Notes: generated from the letters alone by a model not told the origin. A stretch of 64,000 nt of DNA from an uncultured Gammaproteobacteria bacterium (GCA_964493305.1 CAZBLW010000001.1:17743-81742); one strand, 5' to 3'; positions 18,889-28,677 are shown, counted from the first letter of the stretch. Translations and numbers: made by a program.

Positions 18889-20376
18889 TTATTTTGAACG
18901 CAAGGCTTTTCTAAAAAGCAATAAATATTTTTCAGCTGGTATTTCCCAAGAAAAAGATTGTTGCATGGCTTGTCTGACCATTTTTAGCCAGCTTTCTCGG
19001 TGCCGATGATTGACAATAGCTCTGGTAATAGCTATCAACAAGTCGCGGGAATCATATTTTTTGAAAACAAAACCATTACCTTTATTGTTGCGGGGATTGT
19101 AATCAGAAATAGTATCAACTAACCCGCCGACCGCATGCACCACTGGAATAGCGCCGTAACGTAAGCTTTTAAGTTGAGCGAGGCCACAGGGTTCAAACCT
19201 AGAGGGTAAAAGAAAAATATCAGCCCCAGCTAAAACCATGGTTTCTTTTTGATTATCAAAGTCAAAAATTGCTGCGATTTTTTTGGGATGTTGTTTGCTT
19301 ATCTTAGTAAAATAATCAGTATATTTTTTTGCTCCCTCGCCCAAAATTACTAATTGAATATCCATTCTTAGTAGCGGTTCAATTATTTCTATTATAAGTT
19401 CAATGCCTTTTTGTTCAGTCAGACGTGAAGTCCAGCCGATTAAAGGTATTTTGGGATTTTGTGGCAAACCAACCAATTCTTGCAAATGTAATTTATCTTT
19501 TGTTTTATTGGCCAGTGAATCATAATCATATCTTTCAACCAGACCCGGATCAGTTGAAGGATTCCAATCGGCGTAATCGATGCCATTGACTATACCAAAT
19601 ACCCGATGTTTTTTTTGTTTTAATATTCCGTGCAAACCGTTGCCGAATTTTTTAGTCATAATTTCCTCAGCGTATTTTTCTGACACCGTATTGATTATGT
19701 CCGCATTGGCAATACCTCTTTTGGCAAAATTTACTTTATTAATTAATTCTTCATTTTGAAACAAAGGCAAAGGACGGCGTTCGTCATCCCTAGTGGTTGA
19801 AGGGATTTCCCACCAGTTACCACCCATTTGATAAGTTAGGTTATGAATGGTAAAAATTGTGGCTGCATCCGCGAATCTAGCTTCATTGTGATAACGAGTT
19901 TTTAAATAATAAGGAAGTAAACCCGCTTGCCAATCATGACACTGAATTATATCTGGTTTGATGTCCAACAATTTCATACTTTCGATTACAGCCAAATTAA
20001 AAATTATAAACCTTTGGTTGTCTCTTTTGCCCAAGTAAATATCACTGGGTTTTTTTTGTTCCGGATATAAACGCGATAAAAATTCAGATTCTTCGATTAA
20101 ATAAATAGGTAAGCCGTCACTTAACCACCCTTGCCAGACGGAAAAACTCACAGTTTTACTGTCATCAATCTGTAAAGGAATGTTTTGATAAAGTAATTTT
20201 AATTGAAATTTTGATTTATCAATTTGTGGATACAAGGGCATAAACACACGAACAAAATGCCCCTGTCTTTTTAAGGCTTTTGGTAATGATCTGGCCACAT
20301 CAGCCATACCACCGGTTTTGGCAAAGGGGTCAACTTCACTACAAACTGAAATTATTTTAAGTTTGTTACTTTTCAT
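18889..20376 (-). CDS. glgA: glycogen/starch synthase (second GlgA-like GT5 paralog)
   Basis: KTGGMADVARSLPKAL motif and a GT-B fold C-terminus. Confidence 0.85.
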   Translation of the reverse strand: MKSNKLKIISVCSEVDPFAKTGGMADVARSLPKALKRQGHFVRVFMPLYPQIDKSKFQLKLLYQNIPLQIDDSKTVSFSVWQGWLSDGLPIYLIEESEFLSRLYPEQKKPSDIYLGKRDNQRFIIFNLAVIESMKLLDIKPDIIQCHDWQAGLLPYYLKTRYHNEARFADAATIFTIHNLTYQMGGNWWEIPSTTRDDERRPLPLFQNEELINKVNFAKRGIANADIINTVSEKYAEEIMTKKFGNGLHGILKQKKHRVFGIVNGIDYADWNPSTDPGLVERYDYDSLANKTKDKLHLQELVGLPQNPKIPLIGWTSRLTEQKGIELIIEIIEPLLRMDIQLVILGEGAKKYTDYFTKISKQHPKKIAAIFDFDNQKETMVLAGADIFLLPSRFEPCGLAQLKSLRYGAIPVVHAVGGLVDTISDYNPRNNKGNGFVFKKYDSRDLLIAITRAIVNHRHRESWLKMVRQAMQQSFSWEIPAEKYLLLFRKALRSK

Positions 20377-20392
20377 TGCTAGTAAAAGTCAG

Positions 20393-20917
20393 CTATTTAT
20401 AGGATTTAATGGCTTGTAGTCCACAATAGGCGATCGCCAGCGCATCGGCGGCATCATCTGGTTTGGGTAAAGTGGGCAAAGAGAAAATCAACTGTACCAT
20501 TTTTTGGATTTGTTTTTTTTCTGCCCGACCGTGACCGACCAACGCTTGTTTTACTTGCAGGGGTGTGTAATTGAAAATTTTTAGTTTAGCCAACGTAGCC
20601 ACCAATAGGATTACCCCCCTAGCTTCACCAACCAATAAGGCAGTTTTGGCGTTATTGTAAAAATAAATATTTTCAATAGCCAAAATATCAGGTTGATAGT
20701 GTTTAATAATTTTTTCCAATTCATTTTTGATGAAAATAAGCCGATCGGTAAAAGCCTCTTTGGCGTGAGTAACGATCACACCGTGATCTAAATGAGAGAT
20801 TTTTTGGCCATCAGTTTTGATAACCCCATAGCCAGTTAAGGCATAACCAGGATCAATACCTAGAATTGTGTGATATTTATTCTTCACCATTGGTGTAATA
20901 GTTTTGGATATCATCAT
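20393..20917 (-). CDS. ruvC: crossover junction endodeoxyribonuclease RuvC
   Basis: ILGIDPGYALTGYGV N-terminal motif with conserved acidic residues. The true start is probably the Met of MVKNKYH (about 20890). Confidence 0.85.
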   Translation of the reverse strand: MMISKTITPMVKNKYHTILGIDPGYALTGYGVIKTDGQKISHLDHGVIVTHAKEAFTDRLIFIKNELEKIIKHYQPDILAIENIYFYNNAKTALLVGEARGVILLVATLAKLKIFNYTPLQVKQALVGHGRAEKKQIQKMVQLIFSLPTLPKPDDAADALAIAYCGLQAIKSYK

Positions 20918-21602
20918 CCTGATCTAATTCGTCAATAAAACCTTGCCATTTATTTGAATCTTGAATCTTAATCGTTTCTTTAGGTAAATACTCTAGTTCA
21001 TTGGAAAAAATTGTTTCGGAATTTTTTTCTAAAACCGAGATAACTTTTTGCATGTTGGTTGGCTGGCAATAAACAATCAATTTGTTTTCTTGATCGGATT
21101 GATTTTGTTCCCAGTCTTCAGCGCCAGCATCAATCAGTTGGAGTTGTAAGTTATCGTCCAGCGCTTTAGTTAGACTGCTTACCACCACTCCTTTTCTATC
21201 AAACATCCAAAGCAATGATCCGTTGGCTGCCAATTGACCACCGTGTTTTCCTAGGATGTGTTTAAGATTAGATACGGTGCGGTTACGATTGTCTGTAATC
21301 GCTTCTATTATAATAGCTAATTTTTCTGGCCCTAACCCCTCATAGGTTAGTTGTTCCAGTTGAGCTTCATTACTTTTGCCGCTACCTCTACTAATTGCCC
21401 GTTCAATATTACTTTTCGGCATATTGGCAGTTTTGGCTTTATCAATAGCAATCTTTAGTTTGAAATTACTATTAGGATCAGAACCGCCTTCGCGCACCGC
21501 TAAAGCAATAATATTTGATAGTTTGGTAAAGGCATTGGCTTTTTTAGCATCAACTACTGCCTTTTGTCTTTTAGTGGTGGCCCACTTAGAATGACCTGAC
21601 AT
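20877..21602 (-). CDS. yebC: YebC/PmpR-family transcriptional regulator
   Basis: MSGHSKWATTKRQKAVVDAKKANAFTKL is the canonical YebC N-terminus. Confidence 0.9.
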   Translation of the reverse strand: MSGHSKWATTKRQKAVVDAKKANAFTKLSNIIALAVREGGSDPNSNFKLKIAIDKAKTANMPKSNIERAISRGSGKSNEAQLEQLTYEGLGPEKLAIIIEAITDNRNRTVSNLKHILGKHGGQLAANGSLLWMFDRKGVVVSSLTKALDDNLQLQLIDAGAEDWEQNQSDQENKLIVYCQPTNMQKVISVLEKNSETIFSNELEYLPKETIKIQDSNKWQGFIDELDQDDDIQNYYTNGEE

Positions 21603-21759
21603 AAAAAAAACCCCAAAAAATGGTGGTAAATTAATAATCTGATAAATTTATTATAACAAAAATGTCCAAAAAAATCAATATTTGTTAATTGTTTTGCCAA
21701 ATATTTTTTTATCGTGTAAGCTGAAGATTGCCTATTGTTAATCACTAAAATATTGTTCT

Positions 21760-23040
21760 ATGGATTATACTATTCAAGATAATGGTCACAGCGTCAAAAT
21801 TATTACAGTTAATTTACCACCAACTTATTTTCAGCCCTGGTTAGATAAGGCGGCAAAAAATTTAAGCAGTCAAAAACCAATTGCTGGTTTTAGGCCGGGC
21901 CAAGCACCGAGAAATTTGGTAGAGAAAAAATTTGGCACCATGGCGCTGTTAGAAAATGTAATTGATGAAATTTTATCACAAAGTTATTATGACATTCTTC
22001 AAAAAGAAAAGTTGATGGTGGTGGGTAAGCCGAAAATTGAGATTAAAAAAATGACGCCAGACGAAACCCTGACCTATACCGCGGAGATATCGTTGTTGCC
22101 AGAAGTTACCTTGGGGGAGCTGTCAAATTTGAAAATCAATATGGAAAAACCGGTTGTGACCGAGAAAGATATTGATGAGGTTTTATTGGATTTAAGAAAA
22201 TCGCGCGTTGAGGAAAAAATAATTGATGAGCCAGCGAAAATGGGTGACAAAACAATTATTGATTTTACAGTTAAATTGGACGGGGTTGTTATTGAGGGCG
22301 GACAAGGCAAGGATTATCCCTTAGTTTTGGGCGAAGGAGTATTTATTCCTGGATTTGAGGAAAAATTAGTTGGTAAAAAAGCTAAGGACAAAATCGATTT
22401 TAAACTAAACTTTCCCCAAGATTATAAAGCTGATCTGGCTGGCAAAGAAGCAGATTTTTCGGTAGAAATAAAGTCTGTTCTGCAAAGAATATTACCGGAA
22501 ATAAACCAAGACTGGTTAAATTCATTAGGCAATTACCAGAGTCTTGATGAGTTAAAAGCGCAGATTAAACAGAATTTGTTATTGGATAAAGAACAAAAAG
22601 CTGATCAAAAATTTGAAATCAATTTATTTGAAGAATTGATAAAAAACTCTACCTTTACTGACATCCCGGAGGTATTAATTGACAATGAATTACACCGCAT
22701 GAAACACGAACTAACTGACAGTTTACAACCTCAAGGACTAACCCTCGGCGATTATTTGCAACGTTTAGGTAAGACCGAGGCAGATTTAAAAAAAGAATGG
22801 CGTGAGGCTGCTATAAAAAGGATAAAAACCGCATTGGTGGCTAGAAAGTATGCTGAAGAAAATAAAATCGCAGCAACCAAAGAGGATATTGATCAAGAAA
22901 TAGCCGTTTTAGAAAAAAATTATCAACAACAGCCAGAAATTTTGAAAAATATTCAGTCTCCAGAATTTCGTGACTACCTTTTTCACACCTTAACCAATCG
23001 TCAGGTAGTCAATCATTTAAAGAAAATAGTAATTAAATAG
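21760..23040 (+). CDS. tig: trigger factor
   Basis: 426 aa. The GFRPGQAP ribosome-binding signature and a PPIase-like middle domain. Confidence 0.85.
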   Translation: MDYTIQDNGHSVKIITVNLPPTYFQPWLDKAAKNLSSQKPIAGFRPGQAPRNLVEKKFGTMALLENVIDEILSQSYYDILQKEKLMVVGKPKIEIKKMTPDETLTYTAEISLLPEVTLGELSNLKINMEKPVVTEKDIDEVLLDLRKSRVEEKIIDEPAKMGDKTIIDFTVKLDGVVIEGGQGKDYPLVLGEGVFIPGFEEKLVGKKAKDKIDFKLNFPQDYKADLAGKEADFSVEIKSVLQRILPEINQDWLNSLGNYQSLDELKAQIKQNLLLDKEQKADQKFEINLFEELIKNSTFTDIPEVLIDNELHRMKHELTDSLQPQGLTLGDYLQRLGKTEADLKKEWREAAIKRIKTALVARKYAEENKIAATKEDIDQEIAVLEKNYQQQPEILKNIQSPEFRDYLFHTLTNRQVVNHLKKIVIK

Positions 23041-23042
23041 TT

Positions 23043-23897
23043 ATGAAAATTGGCGTACACGTATCAGCCGCTGGTGGTTTAGTAAACGCCCCGCTTAATG
23101 CCAAAACTCTTGGTTGTGAAACCTTTCAATTTTTTTCACGTTCTCCTAGAGGAGGCAAGCCAACTCCATTGACCAAGTCTACTGTTAAGGAATTTAAACA
23201 GCGTTGTATGGAGTATGGTTTGGTTGATTATTATATTCACACTCCTTATTATATTAATTTTGCCTCAAGTAATCAGCGTATACGTCACGGTTCGATTGAG
23301 GTGGTGAGACAAGAATTAGAACGGGGAGAACTCTTGGGGGTTAGGGCCACTATGACCCACTTAGGCAGTGCCAAGGATTTATCACCCCAACCAGCTTTGA
23401 AACTGGTTGCTCAGGGAATTATCGAAGTTTTGGCTAATTATAAAGGAAAAAATAGATTATTGCTGGAAATATCAGCCGGTAGTGGGCAGGTAATCGGTGC
23501 AAATTTTACTGAACTTGCTGAGCTAATAAAATTGATAGAACAGAAAATAAAACATCATCAGGTTGGTGTGTGTTTTGATACTGCGCATGCTTTTGCTTCG
23601 GGTTATGATTTGCGTAATGATGCCAAGGTTAAACAAACTTTAAAAAAATTTGATCAAATAATCGGATTAAATCGTTTGGTATTAATTCACGCCAATGACT
23701 CGAAAGCCGATTTTAATTCTCATAAAGATAGACACGAAAATATTGGTCAAGGTAAAATTGGTCGTCAGGGTTTTGCCGCCTTGGTAAGTTATCCCAAATT
23801 GAAAAAAGTTAATTTTATTCTGGAAACACCCTGGGATAATGAAAATATAGTCAAAAAAGATTTGCACACCCTCAAAAAATTGCGTGATAAAAAATAG
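23043..23897 (+). CDS. nfo: deoxyribonuclease IV (endonuclease IV)
   Basis: MKIGVHVSAAGG... TIM-barrel AP endonuclease 2 pattern with His/Asp/Glu metal ligands. Confidence 0.85.
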   Translation: MKIGVHVSAAGGLVNAPLNAKTLGCETFQFFSRSPRGGKPTPLTKSTVKEFKQRCMEYGLVDYYIHTPYYINFASSNQRIRHGSIEVVRQELERGELLGVRATMTHLGSAKDLSPQPALKLVAQGIIEVLANYKGKNRLLLEISAGSGQVIGANFTELAELIKLIEQKIKHHQVGVCFDTAHAFASGYDLRNDAKVKQTLKKFDQIIGLNRLVLIHANDSKADFNSHKDRHENIGQGKIGRQGFAALVSYPKLKKVNFILETPWDNENIVKKDLHTLKKLRDKK

Positions 23898-23978
23898 TGT
23901 GCTAAGATAAGGACAAGAAAATTTTCCCCATGCCTATGTTGCCTATCAGCCAAAGAAAGGAGGTTATATTTTTTTACT

Positions 23979-24003
23979 AACGGGTTTATGCGCCCGTTTT
24001 TTG
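23979..24003 (+). terminator. rho-independent terminator after nfo
   Basis: AACGGG-tttatgcg-CCCGTT followed by a T-run. Confidence 0.5.
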
Positions 24004-24036
24004 TTATTTAAAAATCCATTTATTCCAGGAGGAGTT

Positions 24037-24549
24037 ATGTTATCAGATAACAACAGCCCCGCTAGTAGCGGTGAGTCGTCGGTTGTTCTACCGCCTTTGA
24101 CCAATATTGTCTTTTTTGACGTTAATGTTTGGTTTACTAAGGATACGATGACCGAAATTGAGAAAATTCTCTCCACTATGAAGGTTTTTTTAAACCAACA
24201 ACTGTCCGTCAATAAATTCATTGATATGAAAGATGAAGAGATATTTACTTGGTTACTATTGAACTATCCCACCAAACGAATTTGGTTATTTACTAGAGAC
24301 AAAAAGATGTTTCGCCATGTACCTAGAGAGTATGAAAATAATGTTGCCCTATTTCACCAGTTAGTTAAAGGGAAAAACTATGAACCCTTAAAGCAAAGTT
24401 TATTGATTATTGTCGTAATTGAAGATTTGCAAAGCTTTTTCTTTCGCAAAAAGCCCAAAGAAAAAATTTTTTACAACAAACAAAATCTAGTAACTTTAAT
24501 TACTGATATTCATAACCAACTTATCAAGCCACTTCTACAGGCTGCCTAA
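24037..24549 (+). CDS. hypothetical protein
   Basis: ORF-track entry 24001..24549 trimmed to the ATG at 24037 (MLSDNN...), which has an AGGAGG 7 nt upstream. The region upstream of 24037 overlaps the nfo terminator. Confidence 0.4.
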   Translation: MLSDNNSPASSGESSVVLPPLTNIVFFDVNVWFTKDTMTEIEKILSTMKVFLNQQLSVNKFIDMKDEEIFTWLLLNYPTKRIWLFTRDKKMFRHVPREYENNVALFHQLVKGKNYEPLKQSLLIIVVIEDLQSFFFRKKPKEKIFYNKQNLVTLITDIHNQLIKPLLQAA

Positions 24550-24615
24550 TATTTTGGGGAAGGTTATAAACCTTCCCATTTTTTGTTACAATAATAATAG
24601 TTAATTTATTAATTT

Positions 24616-25116
24616 ATGTTGATTGGAATATTTTCTGATTCACATGACAATTTAGTAAATATCCAAAAATTTTTAGATTATGCCGAAAACAACAATTTTG
24701 CGGAACTTATTTTTTGTGGAGATTTATGCGCACCAGCAACTTTGAAAAAAGCGATTGCTCCCAATTTTAAAAAAACTATCCATATGATTATGGGAAATGT
24801 GGCCGATAGAGATTTGCTTCCCCAAGTGGCCGCAAGTATACCCCAAGTAAAATTTTATGGTGATCAAGGTGAATTTGTAATTGATGATTTGAAAATTGCC
24901 ATCAATCACTATCCTCAAGCAGCTAAAGAATTAGCCAGTAGCGGAAAATATGACTTTGTTTTTTATGGTCACAATCACACTCCTTGGGAAGAAAAAATTG
25001 GCCAAACGGTTTTAGCTAACCCCGGTACTCTAGCCGGACTATTCAATAAAGCCACTTTTGCCGTACTAGATACCAAAACAAAAAATTTATCATTAAAAAT
25101 TTTAGAAAAATTATGA
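24616..25116 (+). CDS. YfcE/MJ0936-family metallophosphoesterase
   Basis: The ligand set D-x-H-D...GDL...GNV/H...GHNH is the calcineurin-like phosphoesterase pattern. Confidence 0.8.
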   Translation: MLIGIFSDSHDNLVNIQKFLDYAENNNFAELIFCGDLCAPATLKKAIAPNFKKTIHMIMGNVADRDLLPQVAASIPQVKFYGDQGEFVIDDLKIAINHYPQAAKELASSGKYDFVFYGHNHTPWEEKIGQTVLANPGTLAGLFNKATFAVLDTKTKNLSLKILEKL

Positions 25117-25910
25117 ATGGCAGTATCAACAAACAAGCTCACAATCTAGCTGTACAGGCACTCAAACAAGCTGGTTATGAATTGAAAAAAATATACAATA
25201 AAACGGAAAGAATAAATACCGGACTAAAAAGTAAACACCAAGTAGTTACCAAGGCTGACCGAGTGGCTGAAAAAATAATAATAGATAAAATTAGAAAAAA
25301 ATTTAGAAACCACTCAATATTATCTGAAGAAATTGGGTCAATTAATGCTGGAAAGGATTATTTATGGATTATTGACCCCCTAGATGGAACAACCAATTTT
25401 GTTATGAAAAACCCCTTGTTTGCCACCACAGTATCTTTAGTTTATAAAAATAAAACCAGCTTTGGTTTAATTTATGCACCACTATTGAATGAGTTTTACC
25501 AAGCATTGGCTGGGGAAGGTGCTTATTTCAATCAACATAAAATTAAGGTGTCCAACGTCAAACAAACAAATAAAGGTTTTCATACTTATTGCTACGGTAG
25601 TGCCAAAAGTAAATTTGCTAAACAAGCTCTTAATTATTACCAAACTATGTTCAATCAAGGTAATGAAATTCGTCAGTTGGGAGCTGCTACTTTAGAATTA
25701 GCTCGAGTGGCTCGTGGTATTACTGACAGTATAGTGATACCTGGAGCTAATGCTTGGGATGTAGCCGCCGGCGCTTTGCTAGTTAGTGAAGCAGGTGGTC
25801 GAGTAACTGATTTCAAAAATCAGCGTTGGCAATTAGGCAGTGGTGATATTATTGCTTCCAACGGATTTATTCATTCGCAATTATTGAAGATTATCAATGG
25901 AAAAAAATAG
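25113..25910 (+). CDS. inositol monophosphatase family protein (SuhB-like)
   Basis: WIIDPLDGTTNFV metal-binding motif and a WDVAAG C-terminal motif. Confidence 0.85.
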   Translation: MNGSINKQAHNLAVQALKQAGYELKKIYNKTERINTGLKSKHQVVTKADRVAEKIIIDKIRKKFRNHSILSEEIGSINAGKDYLWIIDPLDGTTNFVMKNPLFATTVSLVYKNKTSFGLIYAPLLNEFYQALAGEGAYFNQHKIKVSNVKQTNKGFHTYCYGSAKSKFAKQALNYYQTMFNQGNEIRQLGAATLELARVARGITDSIVIPGANAWDVAAGALLVSEAGGRVTDFKNQRWQLGSGDIIASNGFIHSQLLKIINGKK

Positions 25911-26172
25911 TCAGCAAATCTTATTGCCTGTTAAAGTTATTACCAAAGCTAAAAATAATAAAATCATAGGTTGGCAGGGAGAATTTTTGAAGATTCAAAT
26001 AAATACTTCGCCCGTTAAGGGTAAAGCCAACGACCAATTGATTAATTTACTGGCTGATTATTTAGATTTACCGAAAAAACAAATAACAATTGTCAGAGGT
26101 AACACCACTAAAACAAAGTATATTGATTTACCCAAGGATAGTTTGGTTAGGTTGCAGAAAACAATATTTTAA
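25897..26172 (+). CDS. DUF167/YggU-family protein
   Basis: 91 aa with the KVKPxAKxNxL...LPKxxIxIxxGxTSRxK pattern. Confidence 0.65.
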   Translation: MEKNSQQILLPVKVITKAKNNKIIGWQGEFLKIQINTSPVKGKANDQLINLLADYLDLPKKQITIVRGNTTKTKYIDLPKDSLVRLQKTIF

Positions 26173-26212
26173 AAGAGAAAACCCTGTTATTTTTACAGGG
26201 CTTTCTCTTTTA
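26172..26212 (+). terminator. 15-bp hairpin (AAAGAGAAAACCCTG / CAGGGCTTTCTCTTT), probable terminator of the suhB-DUF167 unit
   Basis: Near-perfect inverted repeat read directly from the sequence. Confidence 0.5.
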
Positions 26213-26375
26213 ATCTGTCGGTCAGACTGAAAGGACAAAAATAAATTGTCTTACTGTCAGTGTACTGATAGATCGACAGAAAAATTTTAAGGGCGCATTT
26301 GTTTGCGCTATTTTTTTGGTGAGAAGCTTAGCTTCCCATGATTGATAATTAAAGTATTTTTTTGTTTTGTTTACG

Positions 26376-26462
26376 TGGTGCCGGGAGGGAGAATCGAACT
26401 CCCACGAGATTGCTCTCATTGGATTTTAAGTCCAACGCGTCTGCCAATTCCGCCATCCCGGC
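26376..26462 (-). tRNA. tRNA-Leu (anticodon TAA), class II long variable arm, CCA encoded
   Basis: Fold GCCGGGA...UUGGA-CUUAAAA-UCCAA-UGAGAGCAAUCUCGUG-GGAG-UUCGAUU-CUCC-UCCCGGC-A-CCA. Confidence 0.9.
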
Positions 26463-26480
26463 AAATATAAATTCGATTTA

Positions 26481-26510
26481 ATAATATTGTAAGTTAGCTA
26501 ATTTTGTCAA
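26481..26510 (-). promoter_or_regulatory. putative sigma70-type promoter for tRNA-Leu
   Basis: Minus-strand TTGACA (plus 26505-26510), an 18-nt spacer, then TATTAT (plus 26481-26486). Confidence 0.3.
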
Positions 26511-26594
26511 TTATATTTATTTAAATTTAAAACAGCTTAGCAAAGCTGTTTATATAAGCCAACTGACAACAACAAATTATAAGTGACAAATAAC

Positions 26595-26640
26595 TGGAGC
26601 GGGTGATCCCGCGTCCGCGGGACGACCTTTTCCTTAAAGG
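26595..26640 (-). pseudogene. partial copy of the tRNA-Gly 3' half (anticodon-loop 3' side to CCA) with the T-arm replaced by a GC hairpin CCCGCG-ga-CGCGGG
   Basis: Minus-strand sense CUUUAAGGAAAAGGUCG-UCCCGCGGACGCGGGA-UCACCCGCUCCA compared with the intact tRNA-Gly CCAAGGAAAAGGUCG-CCGGUUCGAAUCCGG-UCACCCGCUCCA. It lies 11 nt downstream of the intact gene. Confidence 0.7.
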
Positions 26641-26651
26641 TAATAAATAAA

Positions 26652-26728
26652 TGGAGCGGGTGACCGGATTCGAACCGGCGACCTTTTCCTTGGCAAGGAA
26701 ACGTTCTAGCCAACTGAACTACACCCGC
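26652..26728 (-). tRNA. tRNA-Gly (anticodon GCC), CCA encoded
   Basis: GCGGGUG-UA-GUUC-AGUUGGCUA-GAAC-G-UUUCC-UUGCCAA-GGAAA-AGGUC-GCCGG-UUCGAAU-CCGGU-CACCCGC-U-CCA. Confidence 0.9.
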
Positions 26729-26823
26729 CTACGCTGAAGCTCGGCGGGCAGGCCCGCCAAACTATTACTTATTTTGAAAGCTAATTTATTTTAGCAATTA
26801 AAACAAATTAGTCAATAATATTA

Positions 26824-28677
26824 TCAATTAACAACCGTCTCGGTATTGGTAGCGGTTTGTTCTTCGGTTTGTGGTTCTGATATTTTTTCTACTCCAATCA
26901 AGCAAACTGCACCCCAGGGACGATAATGACTTTTAAAAATTTCTTGTTTAGTCTCACCAGTTGGATAAGTTACAGTATAGGTAAATTCAGCATCAGCACC
27001 AGCGTGAGCACTTTCCGTGCATTTTTTTTGTCCCACAGCCAAGTCAGTAGTCTCTATATAAGTTGTAGCTGGCGCCGGTGTTATATTATAAATTTTGGGA
27101 TCAGTTTGTTCTACTTTTCTGCCATCCTTAGTACCCCAAAATTCAAAAATTAGATCATCACCTTCAATTCTGGTTTGGATCAAAACATGGTTGGGTGTGT
27201 CGTTAAGAAATCTATAGTCAGGTTTAGGATCGTATATAGTAGCATCAGTACCAGCTGGTTCATAGTAGCTAACCCGATAAGAGTGATTGCGTCTTTCTAA
27301 AATAGGCAAACCAGTGGCCAAAGTAGCCCGGAAGGTAGTAGTACCTATTTGACACAAACCCCCACCATATTCAGGCACAGTTTTAGTGCCTTTGATTACC
27401 AATTCTGGCAAATATCCACTAGCCGCATCAATTTCACCAAGCGCAGAAATCAAAGAAAATTCTTCACCCGGTTTAATAATTATTCCATTTAAGGTATCAG
27501 CTCCTACTTTTATGTTGTGTCGACGGTTGGTTGGACTGCCAGCAAAATTTGATTTACCCACCCCAATTATTTCGGTGATACCCAAATTGTTGATATCTTT
27601 GGTCGTCACTCTAGCTTTGTCAGGGCTGACAATCAAATTTGTTTTATATTCACCCGCAATAAAATTTTGATTAATTTTTTCTATTGTTTCTGAAATATTT
27701 AAAATTTGTCCGTCGCGACTACCTTGAAATTCAACCACCCGACCATTGGTTATTTCTAATTTGGCATTTTGTGCCGGTTGGTTAACGCTGTTTTTTATTT
27801 CATCTTCCAAATAGTTGGTTAATTTATTTTTATCTAAAACCAAAGCAACTGTATCTTTTTGTTTACTAAAAATTAACCAAGTTGATAGAGTTGACCAATC
27901 AATATTCCAATTTTCTTTTTCATAACTCAGAGTCAAGGTAGGTTTTAAAGCAATTAAGTCTGCCACTTTTTCGGCGTGTTGACTGGCTTGTCCATAATCA
28001 ATTTCTGCTTTTTGATCAATTAGCACTAGCGGAATATTGACAATATCAAGATTGGCTAGTTGTAAGGATAAATTTTTTTCTAGCACCAGCCAGTCGATTG
28101 TTTGTCCGTCAACTTCAGGCTTAACTACAAAAGTATTGTTAGTGATGGTCAGACTGGCATTTTGCGGATAGGTGATAATTTGCGACATATCGCGCTCAAT
28201 AATATTTTTTATTTCTGGTAAATTTATATCATAGTCAATCGGTAAATTATAACCCAATAAAATCAGGCGACTAGTTTGTCCAAGACGTTTGAGAGCAGAA
28301 GTATCATGACCTAATGATAAAGCCCGCGCTACGCTGATGGGAATATTAAATTCCACCAATTCTGTGCTTATGTCCGGATCTTCTAAGGACAGTATCGTAT
28401 TGCGAATATTGATTTTTTGTTGATTGTTGGTAAAGGTAAAGCCAGCTGCCAGGACACTTTCCGTTTGTTGCCGAATTTTAGTCAGAGCCGCGGTCTTATC
28501 AAGTCCACCGACTTGGACATTGCCAATTTTTATGTTGGGTAATATTTTATTTTCGTAGCGCCAATTAAAGTACAAATCAAAAGAAAAAACCATTAAAAGT
28601 AATATGCTAAAAAGGGTTAATATAAATATTAACCCCAACTTGTTTACTGGCAAATTCTTTTTGATATCTTTAGTCAT
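26824..28677 (-). CDS. VanW-family protein (N-terminal TM anchor, peptidoglycan-associated)
   Basis: 617 aa. N-terminal TM helix and a C-terminal YGGGLCQIGTTTFRATLATGLPILERRNHS VanW signature. Confidence 0.7.
   Translation of the reverse strand: MTKDIKKNLPVNKLGLIFILTLFSILLLMVFSFDLYFNWRYENKILPNIKIGNVQVGGLDKTAALTKIRQQTESVLAAGFTFTNNQQKINIRNTILSLEDPDISTELVEFNIPISVARALSLGHDTSALKRLGQTSRLILLGYNLPIDYDINLPEIKNIIERDMSQIITYPQNASLTITNNTFVVKPEVDGQTIDWLVLEKNLSLQLANLDIVNIPLVLIDQKAEIDYGQASQHAEKVADLIALKPTLTLSYEKENWNIDWSTLSTWLIFSKQKDTVALVLDKNKLTNYLEDEIKNSVNQPAQNAKLEITNGRVVEFQGSRDGQILNISETIEKINQNFIAGEYKTNLIVSPDKARVTTKDINNLGITEIIGVGKSNFAGSPTNRRHNIKVGADTLNGIIIKPGEEFSLISALGEIDAASGYLPELVIKGTKTVPEYGGGLCQIGTTTFRATLATGLPILERRNHSYRVSYYEPAGTDATIYDPKPDYRFLNDTPNHVLIQTRIEGDDLIFEFWGTKDGRKVEQTDPKIYNITPAPATTYIETTDLAVGQKKCTESAHAGADAEFTYTVTYPTGETKQEIFKSHYRPWGAVCLIGVEKISEPQTEEQTATNTETVVN

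Noticed and set aside
23964-24036. 85-aa minus ORF 23964..24221 and the upstream extension of ORF 24001
   Set aside because: This region holds the nfo terminator hairpin. The real start of the plus gene is the RBS-supported ATG at 24037.
26222-26419. 65-aa minus-strand ORF
   Set aside because: It overlaps the tRNA-Leu gene and a non-coding hairpin region.
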